From: the human T2T-CHM13v2.0 reference genome, Homo sapiens
Length of the DNA: 64,000 bases
Reading direction: 5' to 3' (one strand)
NCBI RefSeq assembly: GCF_009914755.1
Contig: NC_060947.1
The translations under genes and the position numbers were made by a program. Shown piece after piece: positions 49,195 through 64,000 of this stretch; position 1 is the stretch's first letter, and each line of letters begins with the position of its first letter. A model generated the notes under the pieces. The model did not search any database and had not been told where the DNA came from. It saw nothing but the letters and a program-made list of their open reading frames with translations.

Positions 49195-49700
49195 TTGTAG
49201 TATCCACATAGGGCTTTCAACAATTTCTTTTACCTTTGTGCATGTGTGCTACTCCACCCGGCCAGAGGTGAAGTCTATTTCCTCTCCCCTTGAATCCAGG
49301 CTGGCCTTCTGACTCACTTTGGCCAGTAGTATATTGCAGAAGTGATGCCATGTCAGTTCTAGGCCTAGACCTTAAGAAGGGCTGGAGTTTCGGCCTTTGT
49401 ACTCTGAGAAGCCAGGGCATGCCATAAGGAAACTAAGCTTAGGCTACTGAAGGATGACCTGCCATGTGGAGACAGAAGCCATGTGGAAGAGGATCAGACA
49501 TGTGAGTGAAGTTTTCCTGGCCTAGTCACTAGCTAAATGTGGCTGCGCAAATGATTCCAGCCGATGGCAGGTAGAGCAGAAGATCCACTCAGCTAAGCCC
49601 TGCTTGAATTCCTGACCCAGGGAATTGTGAGAAATTATAAATCTTTGTTGTCTAAGCTAAGTTTTAGGGCATTTTCTTACCCCCTATAGACCCTTAAACA
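49195..49700 (+). mobile_element. MLT1G/H-like LTR inside MaLR internal region
   Basis: GTCTATTTCCTCTCCCCTTGAATCCAGGCTGGCC...GAATTCCTGACCCA. Confidence 0.7.
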
Positions 49701-49903
49701 TTGGATGATGCATAATAGTCCTACCTTCAGGTCTAGATGTTGCTTCTTCTAGTCTGGCAACCTATGAACCAAACAAAACAAGTTATCAGCACCCTACACC
49801 TTCAGCCTCAATCCAATGGTGGAGCAGGGGCAGGATACCACAGCAAACGCTAGCGTTCTGAAAGGGGAGGGATGGGAGACATACAGCAGTCACTAGTCCA
49901 TAG

Positions 49904-50261
<358 letters not shown>

Positions 50262-50836
50262 TAAGATTTCCTTATTAGACCCCAAGTTTTCTCCTGGAGG
50301 AGTTTCTTTGTTCATTTTCTCCCCAAGTCATGGCTCTGCCCTCTAGTTCTTTTTTCCTATAATATTTTTTGGCTATATCTAAATGGATACTGAGGAAATC
50401 CCTCCTTGAGGGTCATAGAACTTTCTTAGTCTACTTTTTGAACATGGTGGGAGCCCAAGGATTATTTTATCTTCATAGCTGACTCAAGAAAGACTTTTTT
50501 TTGAGGTCTAGGCTCAAGGTTTCTTTGGCTATACAATTCCCCTAAAAATGTAATGGGCCATTGATGTATTTGCTTATAGTCACTTCCACATGCCAAAGAC
50601 CACATCCAAAGTTCTTTTCAAGATATAGTTTTCATATCTGCTATATGTCTTTGCTTTCTCATCCGTATACCTTGCCCCCTGCATTTAATCAAAGTTACCT
50701 TTAGGCTTCTGGAAATTTGGGGGAAGGCCATACCCTTAGTCTAATCTTTACCTTAAGTCATTTTTGCCACTCAAAGGTTTTCCCATCACTTACTATTTGC
50801 AAGTGGAAGCTTGACTGAATTTTTGTCACTGTGTAA

Positions 50837-51167
<331 letters not shown>

Positions 51168-52324
51168 ATCTGGCAGCAATTTTTGTATTAGCCTGGGTAG
51201 GATAGACTATGCTGCAGAAACAAATTAGCCCCCACTGATGAGTTGGGCCACTCCTCAGGGCAGCACTCAGCCACTAGGTGAATCTGGGATCCCAGGTGCA
51301 TCTATCTTACCATCTTAATACATAGCCTCTATGGTTGCTGCTGAAGGTGACAGTACAGTGGGAAGGTTGCACAAGATGTTTTTAATGGCAAGGCCTGGGA
51401 GGAGTGCTTTATATTATTTCAACTTACTTCCCATTGGCCAGAATCCAATCACATGACCTCAGTCTAACTCCAAGGGAGGCCGGGAAAGGTAGTCTTTCTG
51501 TGACCCCCAGAAAGAAGAAAATGAAACAGGATTTGGTGAACACACAGGTTATTTCTTTCACACACCCTTTTCAAAGCTCTCCATTCTCGTTCATCTGTCC
51601 CTGTCAAGTGCCTAATGCGCCCTCACTTATCCCCTACATCAGCAGACCTCTTCAGACTTCATTTGCACTAAGGAATATAAATGACTGATAATAATCTAAA
51701 ACGTGACCCTTAGAGATAGTTGCATGCAAAAGCAAATGCAAGGTTTTGGCTAGCAGGTTAATGCAGTGACAGAATTTTAGGCAGGAGCAGACAAATAGGG
51801 AAAATATTTGGGTATTCCTGAAATGACTGACTGGGCAGGTCCTATGTGTCATCGTTTGTGCCATTTTGCCACTGCCTGGGGACCATTTGTGTGAGACACT
51901 TTGGAGTCAAGAGATATCAAACTAACAGTATGAGTGGCCATGCTATTAGATACGACCAGAACATTACAGCATGATTTTCATCTGGCTGTCTAGAGGTATT
52001 GATGTGAAGTGGGGATAAATTATTGTCTACTCCAGGAAATCAGCTTTCAAATCGTCCATCTCCCAGCCTTTACTCCCTCCCTCCCCACTACAGATGAAAG
52101 AAGCTTAATCCAGAGTGGGTTTGTCATGGGCCTGGAGAGGGAGTTGGAGTTTTCCCTGAGGTTCTGAGAAGACTGGAGTCTCTTGAGTTTCTCACTGTCA
52201 GACTCTGGCTCATCCATGGCTGTCTTTGCTCTTCCTGTCCCTAGTCCAAGGAGAAAGAACAGAGAGCTTATTATGACCACCTCTTTCATTTGCTGCACTC
52301 ATCCCCTAACACATACTCCAGCCC

Positions 52325-53476
52325 TGTGATGCCTGTGTGCTGTGGCCACTAGTTAAGCTAGAACTACATTTCCCAGAATTCAGTTCTCTGCATGGTTCCA
52401 AGTTAGAGTTGGCCACAGGAGACATTTGTGTGAGATTTGGAAGGCAGAGGTGAAGCAGCGGCCACTGTCACACTCTGCAGCTCTGTGTGAGCCAGGCGCT
52501 GTTGCAGCTCAGATGTGTTGTTGCTGATCTCCTGGCTCTCCTTTTTGGCCTGGGGAATCAGCCAGGCCTGTAGCATCAGCCAGGCCTGTAGCTGCAACAG
52601 CTCTTTTTGGATCTTCTTCAGCATCTCCAGATTCTGGGTGCATGTGCAGTAATTGCAAAGGATGCCAGCTTTTCTTGCAGGTTACCCATACCATCAAGGT
52701 TGGAGATGGTCAAATGTGGATTCCAGCTGTCACATGGGTTCCAGTTTGTCTTTGCACCTGTCTACATACGTTCATGGTAGGCGGCCCAGGTGGCTGAGGC
52801 TGCAGTGAGCCATGATCATACCACTGCACTCCGGCCTGGGTGACAGAGTAAAACCCCGTCTCATCTTAAAAAAAAAAAAGACACTGTGGTTTCTGTCTTG
52901 GTCTCATTCTCTCCCTCTCTCTTTTCTCTGAGATCACTTGATGTGGGGAAAACCAGCTCCTATATCAGGAGGAGCCCTATGGAAAGGCCCATGTGGTGAG
53001 AAACTGAGGCCTTTGGCCAATAGCCAGCAAGGAACTGAAACCTCCTGTCAATAGCTATGTGAGGAAGCCATCTTGGAAGCAGACCCTCCCGCCCCAGTCA
53101 AACCTGCAGATAACCACAGGCCCCAGCTGGCACTTTGACTGGAACCTCATGAGAAAGCCTGAGTCAGAACCATCCAGCCAGGTTGCTCCTGGATTCCTGA
53201 CCCACAGATGCTATGTGAGATAATAAATGTTCATTGTGTCAAGTTGAAAAATTTGGGGGTAATTTGTTACACAGCAGTAGGTAGCTACAACTGTGTCCAT
53301 CCTTTCATCTCAACTGCTGTTCCTGCTTCAAGTCCACCATCAGACACAGGTTAGCATTCTTACATAGGTGGCTTCACCAGCTCCCACAATTGTGTCAGGC
53401 CCAATTCCACAATAAATCCCTTATTCTGCATCCCTCACAGTGGTCCTTCTTCCCTGATCAAACCCTATCTAATACC
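52325..53476 (+). mobile_element. LTR41-like ERVL LTR interrupted by MLT1F-like LTR (about 52775-53290) and an Alu fragment (52790-52879)
   Basis: AACTACATTTCCCAGAAT...GTTAGAGTTGGCCA...GAGATTTGGAAGGC; 3' part AATAAATCCCTTATTC...AACCCTATCTAATAC. Confidence 0.65.
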
Positions 53477-53595
53477 ACAAGGAGCAAAGGGGAGAGAGAC
53501 CCCAGTCCTTTCATCATTGGTTTCTCCTGAAGCAGAGGTTCTCAGCCTTTCATCAGAACCACCCAGGGAGCTTTAAAGAAAATACTATGCCTGGA

Positions 53596-53971
<376 letters not shown>

Positions 53972-54544
53972 TCAGAAGTTCCGATTTAATTGGTCTGCCG
54001 TGTGGCCTGGGCAATGTGATCTCTTATAGCTCCCAGGTACTTTAAATGCACCGGCAGAGTTGAGAGCCACTGATCTACAGTCTGGCTGACTCAACTGGTC
54101 CTTCCAGGTTCCTACCTTCCCCGGCCTTCTTTGTGCTGGGATATGGGCACCAATCCAGGCTCCCATGGCAACTTTGCATCAGGAGCTCTTGACACCCAGA
54201 AGTAGGGGCCACATGGGATCTTCTCATTGGTGGTGGTAGCATCAGCAAGACGGAGTTCCCAGGGCAGCACATTGTGGCAATGGCCACTAGGGTCCATTTC
54301 TGGTTATTTAACTCCATTACTTCTGCCATCAATGCTATGAAATTTACCCAGTATCCTCTTAAGTATATATATTTTTCCTGCTTAGATCAGGGGACCCTGA
54401 AGATCTATTCCAATGCTGAGAGTCTGGATCTGAGAACCAAATCTCACATCAACTCCCAGAGTGATCTCAAGGGTCTCTAGCCCCTCATGGACCTCAGTTT
54501 CCTCATCTGTCAAGAAAAGGGCTGTGTTAGATGAGCTTCAGACC

Positions 54545-55345
54545 CCTTGTCTTGCCTTAGATTGTCTGAAAACAGGCTCTGAGATGGAGATTTCTGAGCG
54601 AGTGGTTTCTGGGGGTGTGCCTTTAGGTCAACACCTATAAGACAATGAGAGAAGCAAGGTTGGGCAGAGAAGGAGTTGAGCTGTGATGCAGTCATAACAG
54701 AAGGTCTCCCATGATTCCCTGGGAACCGTTGAACCAGAGATGTCCCCAGTTGAGGCAAGGGGGCCGGTTCTTTGTACCCCCAATAGGTCAATCATTGAAT
54801 GTGGTCTGCCCCCAGGGAGGGGCTGTGACCTTGTGTGAGGCAGCTTTCCTGGACTGCAGGCAATTCCTGGAGAGAGACACAGCTGAGAGCTGTCAGCAGC
54901 CAACACCCAGGCAGCTGAAGGAAGAAGTTCCTCAGTCTTGAAGAGGGGTGTTTTCTGGTATTTTGTCTTGTGGCAAAATACCATAAACTGGGCAGCTCAT
55001 AGACAACAGAAATTTAGTTTTCAAAGTTCCAGGGGCTGGAAAGCCCAAGATCAAGGCACTGTCAGATTCAGTATCTGGTGAGGGCCCACTTCCTGGTTGA
55101 TAGAGAGCCATCTTCTCACTGTGACCTCACACGGCAGAGGGATGACAGTGCGCTCAGGGGCCTCTTTTATAAGGCCAGTAATATCATTCATGAGGGCTCC
55201 ACTCTCAGAACCTACTCATCTCCCAAAGGCCCCACCTCCTAATACCATCACATTGGAGGTTAGAATTTCAACATATAAATTTTGGGAGACACAAATATTC
55301 AGTTCATAGCAAAGGGGATCTGAGCAATGAACTTCAGCGGGACTG
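54545..55345 (-). mobile_element. LTR16-family LTR interrupted by MST/MLT1A-like LTR (about 54964-55311)
   Basis: GAGGCAAGGGGGCCGG...GCTGAGAGCTGTCAGCAGCCAACAC, homologous to 1-362. Confidence 0.72.
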
Positions 55346-56204
55346 TACCCTTTTGCTTCAAAGACTCTGTAGTTATAGCTTCAGCTGTAGGGCTATCTGT
55401 AGAGAAAGGGGTGAATTTCTTACTCTCTTTGGCTAGACATGGCATCAGACACCCCGGGAGAGTAGCTGGAAGGTTCTGGGAGACCAAGAGCTTGATTAAA
55501 GCCTAACAACTCTCCTTAAAACAGCCCTCATCATTAGCAGAGAGAGAGCCATAGGGAGGAGTCTTTACCTCTCCAAAGAGCTTGGGGGAAAATTAAAAGC
55601 CACTCCTGGAGGAAGGTGTGGCTTCCAGAAGGAAAGTCTCCCAGGTATAACACTCAACTCCCCAGAGCATGGAAGATGACGGAGCTGCAAGGGACTATGG
55701 TCGCCATGGTAATGGTATCTCAGATTCCAACTGAATGTGAGCTCCTGGCTGGGCTGTCAATCACATAGCATCTGCATTTACAGTGGGAACCAGACCCAGC
55801 ACTGGTCAGGGGTGGAGAGGAGAAGAGACCACTCTGGTGCATGCACACAGCAGGCTCATGAAAGCATTTGTGCTCAGGTGGGTGTCTTTGCTTATATGAT
55901 TCTTTATAAAGGCATTTGTGCACATGCTTGTGGTCCTAAGCATGCACAGGCTTGGTTTTCCTAAGCATGGAAAACCAAGTCCAATGTATGTGTGTGTTGG
56001 TGCTGGGGATGGGGGTCTGAATGCCGGACCCACTGCCCATGGATGTCAGGCAGAGAAGATTACTCCATTTAAGAGGCATGATTTTAGGGCCTCTTCACCC
56101 TTCTTCAAAATGTCAACAACTGCCATTGTCCATTCATCATTAGAAAGTCATTTCTTTGGATAAATTTTCTACCTTCAGTGGACTATTTTAAAATGCAAAT
56201 AGTT

Positions 56205-56652
<448 letters not shown>

Positions 56653-56886
56653 TTATGAATGCGTAAGTATATGAATAAATAGAGAGCTATGGTAGGGGAA
56701 GTGCAACCATGAGAGAGAATATTCTGATGGGCAAGTGGAAGGGTTCCTGGGATCAGTTTCAAGTCAATTCAATTCAATGTATTGCATAGCTTCCCTGTTA
56801 CCAGGTATTGGGTTGGGGTGTAGTGGTGAACAGGGCAGATTGGGTCATGGTCTCTGGAAGCTCAAAGTCCTTTGGGAGTGTGGGTT

Positions 56887-57249
56887 TATCTTAGTTTGTT
56901 TAGGCTGCTATAACAGGATACAATGAATTTGGAAGCTAAAAACAGCAGAAATTTATTTCTTATGGTTCTGGAGGCTGGGAAGTCCAAGATCAAGGTGTCA
57001 GCAGGTTTGGTGTTTGGTGAGGGCCTGCTTCCTAGTTCATAGATGGCTGCCTTCTCTCTGTGTCTTTACAAGGCAGAAGGGGTGAGGAGCTCCCTAGGAT
57101 CTCTTTTATGAGGGCACTAATCCCACTCATGAGGGCTCCACTATTGTGACCTGATCAGCGCCCAAAGGCCCCACCTGCTAATACCATCACATTGAGGGTC
57201 AGGATTTCAACAGATGAATTTTGGGGGGACATAAACATCCAGTCTAGCA
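56887..57249 (-). mobile_element. MST/MLT1A-like LTR
   Basis: CTGGAGGCTGGGAAGTCCAAGATCAAGGTG...GGCCCCACCTGCTAATACCATCACATTG. Confidence 0.82.
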
Positions 57250-58785
57250 GGGGTCCTTTGTGGGTTTCCTTGGTGCTGAGCTGAGAGTGCAATTCTTTAG
57301 AGATGCTGGGACTCAGCCCAGTCAGGGCTTCTGAAACGTTTGCTGACTTTAGCTAACTGGGCCACCCCAGCCAACCATGAGCCACAGAACCAGGCAAGCT
57401 CACTCCAGGGAGAGCAGAGCCCATCTCACTCTTCCTTGATATAAGCTCAGACTGTGGCCTATTGGTCCAGGGCCTTAGTGCTCAAGAGGCATTTGCAAGG
57501 GTCTGTGCTCCCATTCCCTGCTTACCCTCTTCTGTCTGCTTCTGATTGCTCGGTCAGGATCTGACATCCTCCCTGGACATTGGTAGGCACTCCTGTCATC
57601 TTCTGCTCACTCAGGGCTCCAATCCTCTTCTCTCCTGGGGCCTACTTTTCCACTCAGCCCCATCATCTGTTGGGAAAAGGACCTCTGGATTCTGTGCCTG
57701 AGCCTTCTTACTCTGAATTTAGAGGAGACTTGCCCTTCCTAGACTATAATCAGCTCTATTCACTCTAAATCTTCTGCCAAATGGATTAAGGATAGAGAAG
57801 GGTGAATTGGCAGGAGGGGGGTTGGGGCAGCCTCCCTTGGCTTAATCTCAAGTTATTAACTTTTCTACTCCATTCTTCTCAGATTCCCACCCATTTCCAG
57901 ACTCCTTGGAAGTTAAATTCAAGTCAACAGCTGCCAAAGAACTTTCCGTGAGTCGAGGACACTACCAAGCATGGAAGGATTAGAGAGAAGTCCAACCAAG
58001 CCCATGACACTTGCCTGGAGGCCACTTCTGTACCAATCATCTCTGTTAGTGACACATCTTCTTTCTTTGGTTTTTGACCTGTCAAGGCCAATCCTCAGAG
58101 AATCCTAATGGCTGGAGAATGTACTGGGTTTCTGAAAGACAAGAGTTGGGCTCCAACCAAAGATGAATTGGCTCAACCTGTGGGAGCCATGAACTAGCTT
58201 GACGTGAAGCTTCGGGTCAGTGAGGATTGTCTACAGGAGGACTTTGTGACAAGTACACTATTTACCAAGGTAGTGAGGGGAGTGTACAGTCTCCCTGAAG
58301 GTTGCCAAGAATTTTAGGTTGTTTCCCAATCTGCAGGCACTGGTGTGTTGTCCCCCAGCTCTGGTCAGCATGTGGCTTCTGCCCAGCAGCTTTAATGTTG
58401 TTACATACTGCATATCCCCCGTGCCTTTTGCAAAATGGCTAGCAAGAACACATCCCTGTCTTTCCTCTGTCTGTGGTGAAGCAGAAGTTGGCTGCCATCT
58501 ACCTCTACCATGTGAACTCATGCTGGTCCTACCACTGATGCTAAGAGAAGTGCTTTGCCCACAGGTAAACAATTCAGAAAGGAGCCAGCCTTTATTGGTT
58601 GTAAAATAAAAAATCCTGAATTGCCTTGCCACAAAAATCTGACTAGTATAGAATTAATAAAGTCAGATGATCACAGACTATGAAAGTTCTCAGAGACTTA
58701 GAAATCCTCTAACGTAGTCTTACTCTACCACCAAGAATCAGACCAGGGAGATCAAGACCTATGGATATAGGAAAGGCAGAATTTT

Positions 58786-58810
58786 GGAGCTCCAGTGGCA
58801 CAATTGGTTA
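58786..58810 (+). pseudogene. Tailless retrocopy of the 5' end of tRNA-Ile(TAT)
   Basis: GCTCCAGTGGCACAATTGGTTA (58789-58810) versus tRNA-Ile-TAT GCTCCAGTGGCGCAATCGGTTA: two differences, both CpG transitions. Flanked by a perfect 21-bp direct repeat at 58765-58785 and 58810-58830. Confidence 0.85.
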
Positions 58811-59116
58811 TATAGGAAAGGCAGAATTTTTAGGAAGCACTGTGGAAGGGGGAAAATATTTCTGATCCTTTTGTACAACCCTCCTTCCCCAATCCTTCCC
58901 CCACTCATCATGCCTTTCCTGGTGCCCAGCAACAAAGGTGTAACATTATCACAGTGAGGAATAGTTTTTGCAGTGCTTTCACAAACATCATCTCATTCCC
59001 CTCCCCAAGCACATTGTGAGGTCTGTGCAGTGGGCATTATGAGTCCCATTATACAGATGAGGTTACCCACCAAGGCTCAGAGAGCTTAAAAGACTTTGCT
59101 CCAGAGTCGATGCATG

Positions 59117-59597
59117 TTTCAGTTAGGATTATGCACAGACACTCAAAATAGCTGTGGTTAAAACAACATAAGAGTTTATTTTTCTTTCCCATTGGAGACT
59201 GGGGGTAAGCTCTGCTCCACAAAGTTATAGGGACCAAGGATCCATCCATTGCTCTGCCATTACTAGGATGTGGTCCTTGCCTTCATGATCCAAGATAGCA
59301 GCTAGAACTCCAGCCATCACATTTTCATTCCAGGCAGCATAATGAAAGAATGGGTGGATGATAAAAAGAGGGAAGAAAAGCCTGCCCTTTCCCTTTAAGG
59401 ACACTTGCTGAAAGTTGCACTCACCATTTCTACCCTGCCTCCAGAATTTAGTCACATGGCCACACCTAATTGCAAGGAAGGCTAGGAAATATGGTCTTTA
59501 TTCCAGATGATCATGTGCCCAAGTAAAAATTCGAGGCTCCATTTCTGTGAAAAGAGGGACACCATATATTGGGAAAAACTAGTCATTTCTGCTACAG
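59117..59597 (-). mobile_element. MLT1J-like LTR (within a MIR remnant)
   Basis: CCAAGATAGCAGCTAGAACTCCAGCCATCAC...TAGTCACATGGCCACACCTA. Confidence 0.72.
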
Positions 59598-59640
59598 TGA
59601 TTTTGCCATCGAGGGAGGAATCAGCTTTTAAATCTAGTTT

Positions 59641-59794
59641 ATCTTTTCTTTCTTTTCTCTTCTTTTTTTTTTTTTTTTATAGAGACAGGGTCTCACTATG
59701 TTGCCCAGGCTGGTCTTGAACTGGCGTCAACCAATCCTCCTGCCTCAGCCTCCCAAAGTGCTGAGACTATAGGCGTGAGCCACCGCACCCAGCC
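59641..59794 (-). mobile_element. FLAM_C-like monomer
   Basis: TSD TAAATCTAGTTT. Confidence 0.87.
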
Positions 59795-59867
59795 TAAATC
59801 TAGTTTTTCTGACTCCAAATCCTCCCTTCTTTACCCTCCATGTCATGTGTGTCATGTGGCATTTCTT

Positions 59868-60127
59868 TTTTCTTTTTTTTTTTTTTTTTGAGACGGAGTC
59901 TCTCTCTGTCGCCCAGGCTGGAGTGGAGTGGCGCCATCTTGGCTCACTGCAAGCTCCACCTCCCGGGTTCACACCATTCTCCTGCCTCAGCCTCCTGAGT
60001 AGCTGGGACTACAGGCGCCCGCCACCACGCCCGGCTAATTTTTTGTATTTTTAGTAGAGATGGGGTTTCACCATGCTAGCCAGGATGGTCTCAATCTCCT
60101 GACCTCGTGAGCTGCCCACCTTAGCCT
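59868..60127 (-). mobile_element. AluY, 5'-truncated
   Basis: TSD TCATGTGGCATTTCTT at 59852-59867 and 60128-60143. Confidence 0.94.
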
Positions 60128-60157
60128 TCATGTGGCATTTCTTATGTATAATTTGAT

Positions 60158-60620
60158 TCACAGAAGTATAGAATTTTGTCACTGGGAAGGACTTTGGGAG
60201 TTCTCCTGTCATCTGCTGGTTGGATGCCTGAATTAGCTCTAAAACCTACTAGACTAATGCCCATTGCCTTTCTCAAACATCTTGTAGGCCAGCCCATTTG
60301 GAAGCAGCTCCAGCTGTTAACAAAGATCTTTCTGTGACTGGTCCCAAACCAGCTTCCCTGGCCTCTCTGACCATTGGTCCTCACCGTGTCTTTTAGTACC
60401 TCTCAGAGCAGAAAGCATCTGCTCTTCTCTTCACTCCTCTCAAAGCAGCCCTTCAGATGTTTGAAGATGACCTTTCTGTTCCCTGAGCCATTTCTTCTCC
60501 AGGCTAAATGTTCCATATTCCGCCAACCAGTCCTGGACATCTCCTTCTGGACATCGTCCCAGTGATTTGTAGCTTCCACACTAGGACACACTAGCTAAGA
60601 AGAGAGGAGTCTTCCTGAAG
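60158..60620 (-). mobile_element. L3/CR1 LINE 3' fragment
   Basis: CAGCCCTTCAGATGTTTGAAGA...TCTTCTCCAGGCTAAA, typical CR1 antisense text. Confidence 0.6.
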
Positions 60621-60869
60621 ACTAAGCAGCAGGGTACTCAACCTTCAACCCTTTCAGCAAGAGGGACTTATGTGCAGTGAATGCAGAGACTATTCACAGG
60701 AGCAAGGTCTCCGCTCCCACTCTAAATCCTCTGCAAAATGCATAGAGGGGGCAGGACCAGAAGAGACAACCCTGGGATGATGTCTTTGACATCTAGGATG
60801 CTCTTTCAAGGCTTCTTTAGTCTTTGGGATTCTAAGCCTTGCAGTAAAAGCACAGGCCCAGGGAAAGCT

Positions 60870-61645
<776 letters not shown>

Positions 61646-61763
61646 AATGTTCTTCTGCAAAATAAAGGAATTAGACTCAATAGTTTCTCAATTCCTTTCC
61701 GGATGACATTGTGTGGGAGTGGACTGGTGAGAAGCTGCATGAGCTAATGGAAAAAACACCTGA

Positions 61764-62070
<307 letters not shown>

Positions 62071-62094
62071 CACTTGAAGTCGGTTTTGTTACTG

Positions 62095-62290
62095 TAAAGC
62101 CTGGAGTTTGAATCCTGGCTCTGCCATAACAAGCCCTGTGACCTTAGATAAGTCACTTAACATCCCTGAGCTCCATTTGCTTTATGTATAAAATGAGGAT
62201 AATAATATTCACCTCTCAACGATGCTGTGAAGATTGGGGTCATATGTCAAGTTCCTAGCACAGAGATGGGCGCACATACTACTCACTCCT
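62095..62290 (+). mobile_element. MIR
   Basis: TTTGAATCCTGGCTCTGCCA...TGTGACCTTAGATAAGTCACTTAAC. Confidence 0.8.
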
Positions 62291-63055
62291 CAAAATGACA
62301 GCTGAGTCACAATGCTGGCTGATACGTCTCAGCTTTCTATGGGCGACCAGGATGCTGCTCAAGCTTTACCCAGGGCCAAGAGCTCCCTCCTCTCTCCCTC
62401 TCCCCCTACTTCCCCTGCTTGCAACCACCAATGGTGACCAGTAATGATCCAGATCATATCCAGACCTCTAAGGTAGCAAACTAATTGGTCCTGGTGGAGA
62501 TAACTTGGACCACCCAGGCAGGCAGCTCAGCATGGATAGAGGCCACCTCAGTGGATGTTAAACATTAACAAAATCGTAGAGTGGAAATGCTGGCAACGCT
62601 TTAATCAGAGCAGGGCTGGCGGGTGTTGAGACCATGCAGATGAAGTGCGGCTCAGAGCTTGAGGGGCTATAGCTTAGGTGGCACCGGAGGTGGTACCCTG
62701 AGCCTGCCCTGAGCCAAGAAACGCCTCCATGCAAGGCCAGGGTGTCCTCTCTGGGGAGGAAGCCCCACGTGCTTGAAGGTTTCTTAAAATAGAGCCAAAA
62801 GGGTTTCTGCTGCCAGCGCTAAGGAGCTGAGGGCTTTTCCCTCTCCCGCTGAAGGTTGTAATTCTCCTGCCATGATTCGGGTTCCCCTTGCCAGGACTGC
62901 TTAGCATTACTGGCTGATCTGAAGGAGGCTTGGGGCCTTTGATGACACTGCCTGATGACTCAGAACTGAACGCAGCTTGGAAGCGCTAACTGAGCAGATT
63001 GTTCAGGGCAAGCTGGGGCTGTCTTCTGCCTTCTGAAGATCTATGGTTTGGGCCC

Positions 63056-63706
63056 TGTTATTGGCTAAATCATGTCCCCCACCACAATTCAGATGTTCAA
63101 GTCCTATGCCCTGGGATCTCAGAATGTGACTGTATTTGGAGACAGGACCCTTAAAGATGTGATTAAATTAAAATGAGGTCTTTATACTGGACCCTGATCC
63201 ACTATGTCTGGTGTCCTTATAAGAATAGGAGGCCAGGCACGGTGGCTCACGCCTGTAATCCCACCACTTTCGGAGGCTGAGGCTGCAGGATTGCTTGAGG
63301 CCAGGAGTTCAAGACCAGTCTGGGCAACATAGCAAGATCTTGTCTCTACAAAAAATTTAAAAATTAGCCGGGCATGATCGTGTGCTTCTAGAGTCCCAGC
63401 TACTCGGAAGGCTGAGGCAGGGAGTTGGAGACTGCAGTCTTAAAAAACAAAACAAAAACTAAAGCGAAAACAAAAACAAAAGAAAGAGGAGATGAGGACA
63501 CAGACGTACACAAAGGAAAGACCATGTGAAGACACAATGATAAGAAGGCCACATGCAGGCCAAGGTCAGAGGCCTCAGAAGGAACCAACCCTGTGACACC
63601 TCAATCTAGGATTTCCAGCCATAAGAACTGTGAGAAGATAAATTTCTGTTGTTTAAGCTTCCCAGTGTGTGGTACCTCGTTGCAGCAGCCCTCATAGTCT
63701 AATACA
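63056..63706 (+). mobile_element. MLT1B-like LTR with AluJ insertion (63230-63482)
   Basis: CTCAGAATGTGACTGTATTTGGAGA...GAACTGTGAGAAGATAAATTTCTGTTGTTTAAG...CTAATACA. Confidence 0.85.
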
Positions 63707-63891
63707 GGCTTTTACAACTCCGTTCTGTGCTTTGACCCTGAAAAAAGAAGAAGATGAAGGAGAGGATACTAGTTTGAAGTGATTGGCACTGATCTGTCTT
63801 CTCACACCTATAAACTGCTATATGCCTGGTATCTATTATGATCAGGATATATTTATAATAGACCACAGGAGCCGATTGTGGCTAATAGTGG

Positions 63892-64000
63892 TGAAACTGT
63901 CCTCACAAGGTTGACAAAAATTGCATGCCGGGTTCTGGACAGAAATATAGTTATCATTAAGCATCAGTTAGACTGCACTCTGGCCCACTTCCTTGTTGCT
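63892..64000 (+). mobile_element. Start of an ERV1 (MER4-group-like) LTR, cut by window end
   Basis: TGAAACTGTCC...TTCTGGACAGAAATATAGTTA...GGCCCACTTCCTTG. Confidence 0.55.

Noticed and set aside
58786-58810. Functional tRNA gene
   Set aside because: Only the first 22 nt are present; no anticodon arm, B box or terminator.

Overview
Primate genomic DNA (human or ape-like; AluY, AluS, AluJ and FLAM all present), very repeat-dense, with no recognisable intact protein-coding exon. The only gene-derived element is a full-length, intronless IMPDH1 processed pseudogene on the minus strand (about 18031-20414). It has a poly(A) tail, AATAAA and a target-site duplication (TSD), sits inside an old L1M 3' UTR, and is broken by a single 1-bp frameshift. 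The rest is nested Alu, L1, L2, MIR, CR1, MaLR/ERVL/ERV1 LTRs and hAT/Tigger MITEs plus simple repeats. The most unusual items are a 24-bp tailless tRNA-Ile(TAT) 5'-fragment insertion with a perfect 21-bp TSD, an L1PB 3' transduction, an apparent ~440-bp inversion inside an ERVL gag remnant, and the TGATG stop-start split of the IMPDH1 retrocopy. I see no evidence for a novel multi-gene system. Repeat subfamily names and IMPDH1 residue comparisons are from memory of consensus sequences and need Dfam/RepeatMasker and BLAST confirmation; repeat boundaries are approximate unless TSDs are given.
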